From: Lytechinus pictus | Lineage: Eukaryota | Reading direction: 5' to 3' | DNA: 64,000 nt | Assembly (NCBI RefSeq): GCF_037042905.1 | Contig: NC_087250.1 | Span: forward strand, 26,476,001 to 26,540,000 | Part shown: positions 49,541-63,481 of the stretch, one piece after another | Layout of the letters: every line of letters starts with the position of its first letter | How positions within the stretch are numbered: position 1 is the first letter of the stretch | The notes under the pieces: generated by a model | Seen by the model: only the letters and a program-made list of their open reading frames with translations | The model's database searches: none | What the model was told of the DNA's origin: nothing | Position numbers and translations under genes: made by a program

Positions 49541-51852
49541 CATTAATAATATATTATCAAGAGCTATTTGATCACTAATGGTTGTCATAAGAACACCTCG
49601 AGCACGCATTTTGTTGTTGCTGATGTTGTTGTAAAAAAAAAACCATTGAAACTTGGGGGGGGGGGCTAACTGTTTTGGGGAGAAATTGCTCCCTCTGATT
49701 TTTCAAGGGAAAATTATAGATTAATTTTTTTATAAATCAATGAAAATATACAAAATTCATAGCATTTTCCCTTTCTTGATTGTTTACTTTATTTACGGAT
49801 GGGTCCCCACCTGTTCCATCTCTTTTTCTTAATACTTTATGTTACACACACACACACACACCCTCACCCTCACACACATATATATATATATATTACATTA
49901 ACCTAATTTATTTTTTTTCATTCACAACATCTTTGAATACAAGAGTTGCGAAAAAAGTTGCACATGTATAATATCAAATATATATCTAATTTAATATAGA
50001 TCGTCCTTGCTATCTCAATTCGAACAGATAAGCGAAAAGGTACTAGAATCCTTAAAAACGAGAATTCCTGAAAGGTCACACGAAATTGAATTAATATTCC
50101 TCATAGTATAGTGCGAGATGGATCTTGATATGATTCATGAAGCTATTTCACTTGCCCACTGTAACAGAACTATCTATAAATGGCTATGGAGGTTAGAGGA
50201 AGAGGTTAGAGGAAGGGAGATAAAGAACTAGAATCGCAATAGAGGGATGAGTAGAGATGGTAATGAAGTTGCAGGCGGAGACAGGGAAAGAGCGGGAAGA
50301 AGAGAGTGACAAAGAGTGAGAGAGAGATAGAGAGAAAAGCGAAAGTGCTTTGCATATTTCATGTACATGATGTATATATCTTTATAGCAACGAATTCTCG
50401 GCGGTGCTATGATAGTTTGACATAAAAAATAGTGAGGATGTATTATTCTCAATTATGATTGCATTGTTAAAAATACTAGTAATAATAGAGAAAATACAGG
50501 ATGTATTACAGACAGACGACATAATGACTATACAAACTAAACTTATTTATGCAGTGAGATGTAATGTAGAATTAGAAGTTAAATGCAAAACAAAGTAAAA
50601 TCTAATAATTTTGGTAAATATAACGACGAACTATCGTGTTTTTACCTTGATTGCAGTGCATCTATCGGATAAAGCGTGTTTGTATTTGTAAATTAACGGC
50701 GAATTTTATGTTACGTGAGTTTTAAAATGGCGGGTTGTTTTAATATACAGTTATCCAGCTTTTTTTTTCATTTTCACAGCCCATCCTTAATACTTTAATT
50801 GTTTATACTGTTTGTGAGTCCCAGCTGCCATTAATAACTACTGTTTTTTTTTACAGTTTTATTTTTAACAGTATGGTTATTAAAAAGATTCTTTAAATAG
50901 ATCTCATCGTCTCCATTATAAGGGAAATAGCAATCAGTAAACAGAAAATTGTTCATTATATATTTTGTAATATCCATAATCGATTTTCACATTTGCAGCT
51001 GGTTTTTCAATTACTAAAGGAAACTCATTCCGAAAGCCCGGATGCTCAGATAATGAGGAGTGATTATCATATGTGCTATCTTATCTCAAGGTTTCTAACC
51101 CCACACTCGACGTTTATCAAGATTTCATTTTTTAATTACATGGGACAAAATACGATGATTACAAATAAAGCAAAAGGCCATTACGAAATCGTTTTTAAAA
51201 ACTCCATGGAACAATCATTCTATTGAAAAGGAAAAGGGGGGATCGATCGAATTGTTAAAAAAAATCGTAATAATTATTTACTGATGAACTGTCATACATT
51301 TGTGTATACATTATTTAGATATATTTCCTCTCTTTGTTTGTTTTTGTATATGATTTTCCATTCTGTTGTACAATAAATTATTATTTTTTTATTTCTTATA
51401 AATGAAGGGAAAACAAAATAAATGATAACGCCGAAGTTACTGGTCCTTAACTAGCATGACAAACGTAACATGAGATTGATTCAATTGACAAGAAAAATAG
51501 TATATGTCATCTTATATATGCGTAATATTGTAGGTTTGTTGGCGGAAATTGGAAATGATATGATATGAAATGAATCATCCATGCAATCAATAAAAAAAAA
51601 AGAAATCATTTATTATCGGTGATAATGTTAGTGATTTTATTGTGGGCTCTCTTGAACTCGATGAAAAGCGAAATATCATTGTGAGTATAGGTCCATGGTA
51701 TGATCGTCACGACCATATACATGATGTATTAATTCTATTTCCTAGAATAAACACCTTCTTTGGGATGAAACCCATTTTGTTTTGTCTATTTTTTTTCCGG
51801 GGGGGGGGGGGGAATGGGGGCAATGACCAAGATGTGAAGTTGAGGATGTTAA

Positions 51853-52297
51853 AGGCCTGAATACAACGCCCGAACTTTGTTGGAGCGTTCCTTGAACGAT
51901 AGAGAGGGGAGGGGGGCGAATTTCGACAGCGCTCGTCACCGCGCACGAAATGGGTGAAAAATATCGAAAACACGGGCGTTGCCTTAGCGGTGCCACGTTC
52001 GAGATTTTTGCGTTGGCCTATCGGACCCAAGTGTCCACGAACTTGCGTCTAGCGGTGCCAAACTTTTGGAGCGGTGGTGAACTTTGCCGGAGCGGAAATT
52101 GCCTGCTCCTCACCGCTCGCAATATTTTGTGCAGCTCAAAAGATTCGGAGCGGTAGGAGGGACCATCAGCGGTGGCTGATTGTACACAGTGTTAACGGGG
52201 GCCATCTTAACGGTGGTTAACGGTAACGAGCGGTGATGATTTTTTTTTCACCGCTCTAGGACCGCTCAAACAAAGTTCTAGCGATGTGACCAGGCCT
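51853..52297. mobile_element. PIF/Harbinger-like MITE
   Basis: TAA-AGGCCTG...CAGGCCT-TTA, internal AGCGGT repeats. Confidence 0.7.
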
Positions 52298-52575
52298 TTA
52301 GTTCGATTTAAAAAATAAAACATTATAGATATTGAACAGTAGACGTCTAAGACATACCTCTTAATTATTCATTAAAAAAAATCCGCTTAATGAGTTCCAT
52401 TTTCTTCCTATTTTCCTTTGCTCCGACTATTCTTTTTAAATCACAGTGACGGGTAAAGTAAATGTGGCTAATGTACAAGCCTCTCTTCTTTCATGCGCCA
52501 CGTCTGACCTGTCGAGCACTTTATCATAGAGTGCGTAATATTATTTGATTTTTTTTCTTTCCTTTTTTTAAACAG

Positions 52576-53775
52576 GCAAGTCGAGCAAAACAAGAAGCAG
52601 ATGATGCCATCAGAAAGATTTCGAAGGAAAGGGATCGCCACATCCGAGAAATCCACCAAAAGACCGAACAGAAGGAAAAACTGATTCGAGAACGAAAAGG
52701 GTCTTTGCTTGCCGAAATCAGCAGACTACGGGAAAGCTTCGAGAACACGATGAAAGAGAGACGCGGTCGCATTGAAGCACAGGTAAAGATGCGGTCAGGA
52801 GCTAAGGCCAGCCTTACAGCGGTCGAAGAAACCGAACCATGCGACACTCTGCAGAACGTCGCCAAGGATAGTCTTGATACGGTGCGCCTCGTCACAGCCT
52901 CGTGCAGGAAGATCAAATTCACCCGACAACAAAATGACTCGGAAGATCTCGTGGGGACACTCAATGGAGTACAACACTCGTGGGAGTTGCAGCGTAATAT
53001 CCCAATACCCACAAACATATCTTACCCAGAACTCCTTGCAAAAACCAAAGGCAACAGCGGTGTAATCATGACGAACGAGGTTAGATCCGGGCTCTTTGAA
53101 ATAAATACCGATACCGAACAAGCGCGCACGATCATTGCGGACGCGCAGTTCGATATTTGTGACTGTGCATGCGCGTACAATGACACACTCGTTGTAAGTG
53201 ACTACAATAGTAAGACTATTCATATTTATGATTTGACTGGTGCATCGGTGAAATCAATAGGCATCCCGTCGGCCCGCGCTAGGGTAGCCGTGACAAAGGA
53301 TGGCTTGGTGTTGGTCGGAGATGAACTCAACGGGAAAATCTATTTCCTGAATCCCAGGAACGGGAAAATCATCCGAACCTTACCCATCGACGGGAAGAAA
53401 ATTAATGGAATATATTATATGAGCCGTGGCTGGATCGTAATACAAACCGGCATTACGGTAATCAGTGTATATGATGATTTAGGAGTCCTCAGGGAGACGA
53501 TTCAGGACAGTACGTGGAGTGAGCTGCGATGCGCAGTGAGTCGTGACGTCATCTACATCATGTATAAAAAACAAGATGACCCAATCACGTACGTCGGAAT
53601 GCGTTCTCCAAATTCAGGTCGCATCGAGGTGATCGTCCGATGCAAGATATCGAGGTTCCTGCTATCGGAATTCATTGTGACGTCCTCTGGAAATATCGCC
53701 ATCAACGGTGATAATGAGATATTGGTATTTAACCAAGCACCGGGGTACGAAGCTGTTTTGAAGAGGTTAAAGTAG
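52576..53775 (+). CDS. Gene B terminal exon: coiled coil plus NHL-like beta-propeller (TRIM-like family)
   Basis: Acceptor ttttttaaacag, 399-codon open frame plus stop. Heptad-rich K/E/R region, then KIKF...DLVGTL linker, then NHL-like blades (LVVSDYNSKTIHIYDLTG; VAVTKDGLVLVGD..NGKIYFLN). Confidence 0.85.
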   Translation, partial: ASRAKQEADDAIRKISKERDRHIREIHQKTEQKEKLIRERKGSLLAEISRLRESFENTMKERRGRIEAQVKMRSGAKASLTAVEETEPCDTLQNVAKDSLDTVRLVTASCRKIKFTRQQNDSEDLVGTLNGVQHSWELQRNIPIPTNISYPELLAKTKGNSGVIMTNEVRSGLFEINTDTEQARTIIADAQFDICDCACAYNDTLVVSDYNSKTIHIYDLTGASVKSIGIPSARARVAVTKDGLVLVGDELNGKIYFLNPRNGKIIRTLPIDGKKINGIYYMSRGWIVIQTGITVISVYDDLGVLRETIQDSTWSELRCAVSRDVIYIMYKKQDDPITYVGMRSPNSGRIEVIVRCKISRFLLSEFIVTSSGNIAINGDNEILVFNQAPGYEAVLKRLK

Positions 53776-53838
53776 TATATTAAAAAAAAATGATAAACTT
53801 ACAGTGGCAATATAATTCGGACCCGTTGCTTTATACGA

Positions 53839-53874
<36 letters not shown>

Positions 53875-54287
53875 CCTCTCAATTTTTTACACGATTTCAT
53901 TATTGTATTAAAGTTAATAGCCGCATAATATCTACCCACTAATCAGGTCTTATCGGATTTTTATGCGACAGGCACATGGGGCCCGTAACACAAAGCTTAG
54001 CAATGATCGTAGAACATTATTCTACGATCGATTGCATTGACTACAATGTACAGTCAATTGTGAGAATTGAGTTTACGATTAATAATTAATCTTTATTTTA
54101 CTGCACCCTGGAAACCATCAACTTGTTGTAAACTACGGTCTACAACATTCATGTGCAATATCAAGCTTTGCAATGGAAATGTATGAGCAATATCGATTTA
54201 AAAGAGATATATTGAGATTATCGTGTTTTTTCATGTATATACCAGATGTGATGAGATTCAAAACATTTTGTATGCAATGCGATACAG

Positions 54288-54474
54288 GTGGGTGTTTCAT
54301 AAAGCTGTTCATAAGTTAAGAGCGACTTTAAGAAAGACTGGTGATCCTTTCTAGTGGCAAATGGTAAATGCACCAAAAATGTTCATTGGCGACGTTTTAT
54401 TACGTAAGAAAGGGTCACCGCTCGGTCATAAAGTCGCTCTTAGCTTACGGACAGCTTTATGAAACATCTACCCG
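54288..54474. mobile_element. Short MITE (GTTTCATAAAGCTGT TIR)
   Basis: Inverted termini; second copy at ~59923-60047. Confidence 0.7.
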
Positions 54475-57209
54475 GTCTGTAATGTTAAATTAGTTACAAT
54501 TAATCTGTTTTTAAGTAGTCTTTCTCGTTTGTGTGACCTCAAAAAGGATAGGTTAATTTCAACAAATATCACTTAACCAGTATATCAACCCATACTCTAT
54601 TAAATTCCACACTGCAAAAATACCGGTGCTAAAAAATACCAGCTCGGAATCTATATAGGAAAACAACAAAGAGGTGTTGAAACAGCACTACTTTAACACC
54701 AGGAATTATTTAAACAACACTAACGTGTTAAACCAATATCGACTTTATTCTTTACTGGTGTTGTTTCAACACTTCCCTGGTGTTTTCCTATATAGATTCC
54801 GGTCCGGTGTTAAAGCAACACATGTGTTTATACAGTGTAACCAGTAAATTAGTTGATTTGGGTCATTTCTTTCACATATTCACTTACAGACTGGTTACTT
54901 TGGCCAATCCTTTTTAAGAAATCATATTTATGAGTGATGCCAAAATCGCGTGTAAAAATTATGTGTTTTCCATATTGTGTGCAGTGAATAATCATGTCTA
55001 TGTTATTGGGGCCGTCGTGGTCTAGTGGTTAAGGTTTTCAATCTTTCAATCCGTGGGACGTGGTTTCGACCTATAGGAAGTAATTCCTCAAAACGCTGCA
55101 TAGCACCAAAATCTGTAGAAGGATACGTGGGCTATATGAATTCTGTATTAGGGCTATTCTATCATTGTTATTGGGGCTATTGTAAATTTATTTTATCAGG
55201 TTTGGGGTGTAATGCAATTGCTGATGGGTAAGGCTAATCAAAGTCATTTCATTTTTTTGGGAACAATTACAACAGTTCCAATGTTTTTTACTAAGAAATT
55301 TTAAGAAAATGTGTTGTATATTATTGGTTTGCCTGCGTGGTTATAAGCATGATAAGTAATCATTTTCATGTAAATAAAAGTAGTAGTAATGTCATATATC
55401 TTTATGTTTTTTCAAACTGTTTACTGTATAGACTACAGAGTCATTGTGTAGCAATTATGATATATTTCGTTTTTTCTATATCCTGGCGCCGGCCGTCCCT
55501 GTTAGATTTTATAAGTAATTTTGCCTGGTTTGTAGAGGAAAATTAGGTTAGAAGTAGAATCAGAATTCAGCAATGATGTTTAATCTTTGAATGTGATTCA
55601 AATGTTGTTATTTAAAATCATCTTTTTTTTTTTTTTTTTTTTTTTTTGGGGGGGGGGGGCATTTTACGTGTATATGATTTATTATCATGATTAGGCTCTA
55701 CATCAGTAATCATGTTTATACAGGGAAAATCGTTTTGAAAAGGAAATTCGGCTTTTTCAGTCAAAATGCGTTTCGGGAAACATAATTTGTACTTTTCTAA
55801 AGAATTGTGTGGATTTCAAATGTGTAAGGTGTGGGTTTTTTGTTTTGTTTTATTTTGCATCATTTGTTTTCTCTCAATAGCGAGCCGCTAGTGTTTTCAT
55901 ACTCAAGGCGAAGCGGAGTTACTCCTGAGTAACTCCGGATAGAGTTGATATGCTTGTACTGCGGACCGACATTACACCCCCTTTCAAACTGGCAAGCTCC
56001 GCAGCGGTGTATCCGAAGTCGTTTCCGTGGTTGTGATGCGGCGGAGTCTCCCCCATGCGGAAATGAATGAAGTTACTCGCGATATAGGCGATACAGCACT
56101 TCCGGTGCGGACTAACTCCGTTTGTAACCCTCTTCACGAAGTGGGTTGAGTACGCCCGCTTTGGACCCGGATCGAAATAATCCTAAAATTTGCATACTGC
56201 CCTCCAAAGTGGAGTAACTCATTCTGGACCCTGGAGTAACTCCACTTCGTCTGTCAAATTGAAAGTGGTATGAGAGAGAGCCACAAGTTGAACCTTAACG
56301 AAACAAAAATTAACAGAGCAAGAACACACCTTTGGGTCCATTTCAAACATTTAAAAGTATTCCAAAAGTTCAAACACGGTAAAAGTTCCACATTTTTCCT
56401 CTCTTCTGCTGTACTTTTTTTTTACGGGTGGGTTTTTATGATACCATAATACTGTTTTTTGTGTCATGGAGTACCTTTCCCTATAGCTTCAAGCTCATGT
56501 TTGCGGCGCCATACATCAAGCTGTATCCTTATCTGTTTTCGTGAATTTTGAAGTGATGTGGTCTATAGATCCTATGCATGGTGAAGTCATAATTGAGTAT
56601 ATGAATATAAAAACAACAAAAAGCCCAAGTCAATAGGAGGTCATTTTGAGGAAATAAAAAAATGATATTATTATTTTTAATTTGGGCAATTAAAGTAATT
56701 TGGCCAAAATACATCAGAGAACATCCTAAAACAAATTTAAGTGTACATTTTTTTTATGAACATTAATATTCACTTTTCTTGTGGGCGGGGCCTTTTGTCT
56801 GGTGGACTTGTATCGTTTTTAGAATCATACGGACTTGGGTCATTCTTACATTTATATACATGGTAGACTTCTGCATGTGTATGTGTGTATTTGATTTTTG
56901 TCAGACGTGTATCAATCAGATATGATTATTTACGTCTGGGCCGACCTGTAGTAAGTAGTAGTAGAAGTAATAAGAGAGGGCGCTATGATATCAATGTACG
57001 AAAAGTCCAAATCCTGGACTTGATCTTTTTTTACACACATACCAGATTTTCCTCATTTATTAAAGGCATTTCTGAGATGATTTCAGAATTATCATTTATA
57101 CACAAGTCATTGTAAAAGGAATTTTCCCCATATTTAACTAAATTTCGCCCCAATTTGGACTAGGGTCGTTTTTAATATCCGGATACTCAATTTCAAAGCG
57201 CCCTCCATC

Positions 57210-57356
57210 AGGGGCCCATTGCAGAAAGAGTTGCAATCAAACGCAACTCTAAAAATAAAGCGCAGTCTCAAATGCGCGCTGTTGATTGGTTGAAAATCGA
57301 GTTGCGCATGATTTTTAGAGTTGCGATTGATTGCAACTCTTTCTGCAACGGGCCCC
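57210..57356. mobile_element. Short palindromic MITE
   Basis: GGGGCCCATTGCAGAAAGAGTTGCAATC...GATTGCAACTCTTTCTGCAACGGGCCCC. Confidence 0.8.
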
Positions 57357-60300
57357 AGATGACATAGCCATACGCGTAAACGGGGGAGTTGTCGGAGATG
57401 CGTCAGCTGCATATTATCACCAACGCAAGGAGGGCAATGGCTTCAAGCTCCAAGATGGCGGCGTGATGACTAATGACGTCATGTGTCTATTCACTTGATT
57501 CTGCCCATCAGCTTGTAATCAGAGTTACGTGTTCTAAACGAATATCAAACTGCAGAAATTACCGTCCATCAGCAAGACCGTGTTGACAACAGTTATAAAC
57601 TGGTTAAAACGGTATGGTGTAATAGTGAATTAACTTATATAAGCACTTACTGGAATGCTCCCCAGGGAGTAGAAAGATGAATTATCAAATGCATACGTAA
57701 ATCAGACCAATAACAGGTGCAATAAATTAATAACGTATATGTAAAGCTCGTAGATTTTTTTTATTCGTATGATTATAAATTTGAGGGTGAATGTATAGTT
57801 GAGAGATTTGTATTGCATTGTCAACATTTCTACCATTCTTAGTGAAGAATTGTAAGCCAATCAGCTCGACAAAGCTCGATGTCAACGCTTGTTTGATGCT
57901 TGTGTGTGTGTGTGTGTGTGTGCTTTTTTTAATTCTTATTATTTGAGGAAAAATAATAAAGTTCATATTAAACCTATGTGCAAACCCCCTCATTGATTGT
58001 ATTTCATTTTGATTTAAAATTGTCCATGATTGATAAAACATGGTATGGCCTAATATTTATATTTACATTTCTAAATCTTCACATGCTTTTGTTAAATCTC
58101 CTTTCTTAAAAAAAGAAATGTTACTTTCCCATGCCCGATTCGAGGGGCTTTTCTTGGCTTTGATTGTTTTGCTTGCCTGTTTGTCTAGATCTCTCTCTCT
58201 CTCTCTCTCCCTCGGTCCAATAACCATTTGGTCCAATACTCACTTCGTCTAATCACCATTTTGTCTCATAACCAGGTTGTCTATAATCAATTTCAATGTC
58301 ATTCGTTTCGCCCAATTAACACCTATTCCAATTAGACCAAATGGTATGGACTAAATTGATATTGGACCAACTGTGTATTAGACGAGATTGTGAGTGGAGG
58401 AAATGGCAATTAGATCATGTGGATAGTGGACGAACTGACGGTAGACCAAATTGAAGTAGACGAGCTGGTAATTAGACGAATGAGAATGAGACCATTTAAA
58501 AATAAACCCTCTCGGCTACCCCCCCCCCCCCTTTATCTCTTTATCATAATACACACTCACTCACTCACGGTATGCTTGGAAGACAAGGAGACGTGAAGTG
58601 GTACATGATGTGCGCGAAAAAAAGTTCTCTATTTCAATTCCCCCCCCCCTTTATTGTATCACGTTAATAATACCCTTTCAATCATCACCTTTCTTCTCTC
58701 TCTCTCTTATTTATGTACATGTATATCTGCCCCTCCCCCCCCCCCCATTCCGTCACTCATATCATCATGTTGTACACTATTATTACCACGTCCCATTGCA
58801 TTCAAACATTTCTCGCTGAGCAGACCAATAAAAATATATTGTACTTTGTTGTCCGATTGACACAATTTTATTGTGAATCAAAATAATCTTTTGATTAAGG
58901 AGCACAATCAATGTGTACATTATATTTTACCATACACCAATTTATCGGCGATCACATCAAGTTTCTTGGAATAAATTCCCAACAATTATTGCTTTAACAT
59001 ACATTCACATGGAGTTACATGTATTCTTTCAATTAAATTGATATTGATTTAAATCAATTATAATCATTTCCATGTTTTACTGAATTACTTTTACAAAGGC
59101 ATCCATCTCCCATCATTGATTACCACTTATTCGCATTAATGCAACAAAGACATTGTTATTGCACCAATTGACCAATATACAACCACAATACGAACATGGT
59201 TCACCCTTTAGGTACATACCCTGTTAAGGAAGGAAACACCTCGTACGATTCTATATTACATAAAACGACTGATCAATATGAATGACAAGACGTTAGTGAT
59301 AATAAGTATATGCATCGGTTGTTTTTATGTGTATTATGTACTGCATTTTACATATCGCGGGATTACTTGGAAGTATAATAGTTATTCAGAAAATGCGAAC
59401 TAGCCAATATCAACATCATATAAATAAGTATTTTAATGATTTGAGCATCCGTTGACAGTGTGTCTGCGGAACGCCGACATCACTATGAAAATGATAATAA
59501 AGAAACAACTCACAGTGATAACTCACAACACGGAGGAAAACGTAAACGCAGGCAAGGTATCGTTCTATTTACAGTTTTTGAGCGTTCCAGCTAGACCTAT
59601 TTCCGGTCCAATTCAGTATCAGACTTGGGCCGATAACAAATACAGTTACACAGAATGAAACACAAAAACTTAGTTATTCAATATAATATAATATAACATA
59701 AACACGAATATTTTCAGACAAGGTGTTCATTAGTTACATTTTTTTAGTTTGATCTTTAAATTCAAGTTGCTGCATGACGCGTTCGAACTCACAGCTACCC
59801 ATGAACAACAACATGACATATCAGACATCTTAGAGCCAGTATTACCCTTGTTGAGTTTAGCCTATAAATCGAGCGCCGCTCTTTTATTTAAGACACTCGT
59901 CGATTTGTCTTTAACAAGAACTGGTGGGTGTTTCATAAAGCTGTTCCTAAGTTAATAGTAACTTTAAGAACATGGTAATTATCATTTACCACAACAAAGG
60001 ATCACCAGTCACTCTTATCTTAAGAACAGCTTTATGAAACGATCCCCTGAAATGCATTCTTAAACGATTACTAATACAGCTTAGATGAGAAGTTATATCA
60101 TGCTTTCTTTTCCAAGGTAATTTCATCCTGATTAACAGTTTCATTTACATTTACAAAAAAAAATGGAAGACGGTTTAAGAGTGTTCAAAATAGACCAAGA
60201 GATCTTTGGCGCACCATACACCCCATAGCAGAGGCTGCAACATTCCATTATATTTTAGCTTTAGTACAGTTCAACACCCCACCATGGAGGCAAGCATAAC

Positions 60301-62641
60301 AAATCATAATGGTTATCATTCATAAGACGATATTAAAATTTATACCATCTTATTTCCGACCTGTTAAATAAATCAAATAAAGCAACGCAATATATTGTTT
60401 CAATTTCTCACCCTGTGAAAGAAGCTGTGCACTTCTCATAACAAATGTATTCTTTGCTATATATATATTATAAATCTGTACGTCATTATCGCTTTCAGCG
60501 AAATCAATTTCAGGATAACAGTAGCTGAATATAAATAAACCGGAACAATTTTCACTTGAAACGCCCATCATTGTCATATGTACAAAATAATAAATTAAGC
60601 ATTTCAGAACACCAAGCGATATATTTCAATTATGATTATCACATTATTATCAGACTGATCAAGACATAATATATGTCGAATACTTTCTTTTCAGTACGCC
60701 TCATATTTACATGCATTTATTACAGCCTCTGAAATGAATAAAACCATATTCCTTTAGATTCAGCGAAGAATACACGGAATGGATAACCAAAATGAAATAA
60801 ATAAATATTACCTTCTTAAATATAAATTCATCTCCTTGAACACGTATAATTTGAGCTGCTTTTCAAATTACATTTACATTACATTACATATGTAGAAATG
60901 ATATCATTTATATATATATCATTAAATAAATAAACCATTAGACGACTAGACAACCCAACAGAGTGGCCAGTTGAACTTAACAAAAAATGTGATGCAAATT
61001 AATGGAAAGAAAGAAAGCACTTTCGAAGTAGGAGAACATACCATTTCTTCAAGGGGGGTAGTATATGCTCACACATGCTTTCTCGTTTCAGGACACTAAA
61101 CTTTGGTTTTCAGCGTAAAACATGCTAATATACTTATATTATATTATAATATAACTTAATCAACAACAAAATGGAAGTAACGAATTTACCAAGGACTCAC
61201 ATTGCTTTGATGTATTTGTCATATAATTCATTCAATAACTCAATAATTATCGCAATGACATGACTTAGTAACCCTGTTAGGAATTCAGGCGAAAAAGAAT
61301 AAAGTAATCATGAACATTTCTTTGAATTAAACGGTGAAAAATATCATATTGCTTGATCACGCCATACCTTCAAATGGGACAATTATATACATTATCAAAA
61401 TATATCTATTTCATCATTTAATATTTACAGGACGGAAAATGCTCAAAAATTAAGAACAGATTCACGGCACATAATTACACGGTGGTATTATCAAAGAACA
61501 TCACTGCATACCTTCAGAAATCATGCAAGATTCCTTTGACAAAAGACAACACATTATCTTGTTCACTTTTTAGTTTATAATCATTCCATTACAGAGTGAA
61601 CAAGAGGAGAAAGAGTGAATATATTCTTCACCCTCTCTATCACATGAAATTAAATTGTATTTTTGCCTCTCACAATCCTTTAAAACCGAAGGGGAAGCAG
61701 GAATATAGATTAGAAAGCGCTTCGATTATAAAGAGCGGAGAGGCAGCGGCGTGGATAGTTACCCTGTTCATCCATTTCCGCAACTATCTGCACCTCATCT
61801 TCAGATTCGGGGCAAGGTTATCTAAAAAAAAAAAACAACAAAAAAACGCGGCATTGTCCCTCTGATAGGCTGTAGAATACAAGCCCTGTGAGAAGTAGTG
61901 TCCATGTCCTTGCACGTATAAAACACAGGGCATTATTGTTGTGCACGAAATAAATCCCAGTTCAGATTGGAATCATCATGCCCTTCTTCGGAGAGGAGTG
62001 ATATATTAGACCCTGTAAAAGGAACTCTCACCGTGATTGCACGTTTAGAAGTTCAATCACGCATTGTGTAGCTTCTGTAATGGTGCAAGGACGGTCAACA
62101 GTTTCACCAGGACTGAGTTCTGCACATTGCACCGTGTTATGGCTTCCACATGCAGAGATTGTTCTTCCCGTAGAATAGTGTTCATCAGAAAGGATGAAGA
62201 ATCGAGTCACGAGGGGAAGAACATTCACAAGGAAACGGCCAAAGTAGACCCTATAATCCATACATGGAGAATCTCCATTTCAGTTTGTTCATGGAGCCGA
62301 GACTGCTTGCTGTAACTACCGAAGGCAAGTCATTGTTCTCTGATCGGCTCTTAACAACCTTGCAAATAATCATCTTTACGATTAGAAATTGTTTATCCAT
62401 ATCTTGTGAGTCGTATATATGATAAAACGTTCTGGACCCTAATTATCTGAGCTCCAATTCAGGATCACCGTAGGGCAATAGAAGGTAGGACTATCTAAAG
62501 GTTTAGATGAAGCTACCATGGCTACAAGATTGTGTAACCTGCGAACGTTGAAGTGTATGCTTCATACAATACAAATATTGTAATGTTTACTGATCGTGGA
62601 ATTTGTCAATGTATTTGAGTGTTCATTGATTCTCTTTGGTT

Positions 62642-62727
62642 TCAGAGAGGTGTCTTCACTTCGTCTTTCTCTTTGTAGCTGGTAGGTATAACGAAGAACA
62701 ATTTCTGCAGAAATCTTGTCAGGGAAT
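62642..62727 (-). CDS. SLC7A9-like: Gene C last exon (NSLTRFLQKLFFVIPTSYKEKDEVKTPL*)
   Basis: Acceptor ttctcag, phase-1 join, typical LAT tail motif T.FLQKL..V.P, TGA stop. Confidence 0.85.
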
Positions 62728-63312
62728 CTGAGAATTCAAGAAATAGATGAAAGGGGGATGTCATATTTAGCATTCAAGTAGGCTTTTCATTTCAAATATG
62801 CCAACTAATAATGTTTGAGATTAGACGTTCAAAGTCTTACAAACAAAATCTAAATTAAAACGTTGAAAGGTTGAATGCGAATTGCAGTTCTGTCTCTGTT
62901 TACTTTGTTCCTTGTTCTTCCATCATTACCCCCCCCCCTCCCTCTCTGTCTCTCTCTTTCTCTCTCTCATACTGTCTCTCCCATCCCCATTCATTCCCAA
63001 TCCCTTTTTTTGCTGTTGCTTTATTGGTTTGGTTCTGTTCATAATCGAGGGGACTCCAAGCTTCCTTTGTTGTATTTTCTTTACTAAAGTACAAGTATAT
63101 TTCAATAAAATAGGCTATACTTAAATAATGACTCTGAAAGCTCCTGGAACAAAGTCACCAAAATTCGTGAACCCCACCAGAAAATGAACAAAATTAAAGT
63201 TTTCAAGTTCTGCCATGTTTAAGTTTGTTTCTCAACATTAAACACTCAGCATGAAGAGGTACATTGTCGGGTGGGGTTCACTAACTTTTTAGCACCACGG
63301 TATAATACTCAC

Positions 63313-63481
63313 TCATTCCTCGGAGCTGCAGCTTATGCCAGACAAAGAGGAAGTAGACTGCAATGCCTGATATGATGAAGATGAAGGCATAGAGAAACTC
63401 CAGGGCAGGTGAGTTGATGATAGGAGCGAAGATAAGATACAGAGATGCGCAGAAGAACAGGATCGGAACTACCAACGGAAC
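63313..63481 (-). CDS. SLC7A9-like: Gene C penultimate exon: L-type amino acid transporter light chain (SLC7, b(0,+)AT/SLC7A9-like), last two TM helices
   Basis: VPLVVPILFFCASLYLIFAPIINSPALEFLYAFIFIISGIAVYFLFVWHK matches the SLC7 LAT C-terminal TM pattern. AG and GTGAGT splice sites on the minus strand. Confidence 0.85.

Noticed and set aside
61900..62400. Short ORFs downstream of the transporter stop codon
   Set aside because: No recognisable domain or consistent splice pattern; more likely 3' UTR or repeat-derived sequence.
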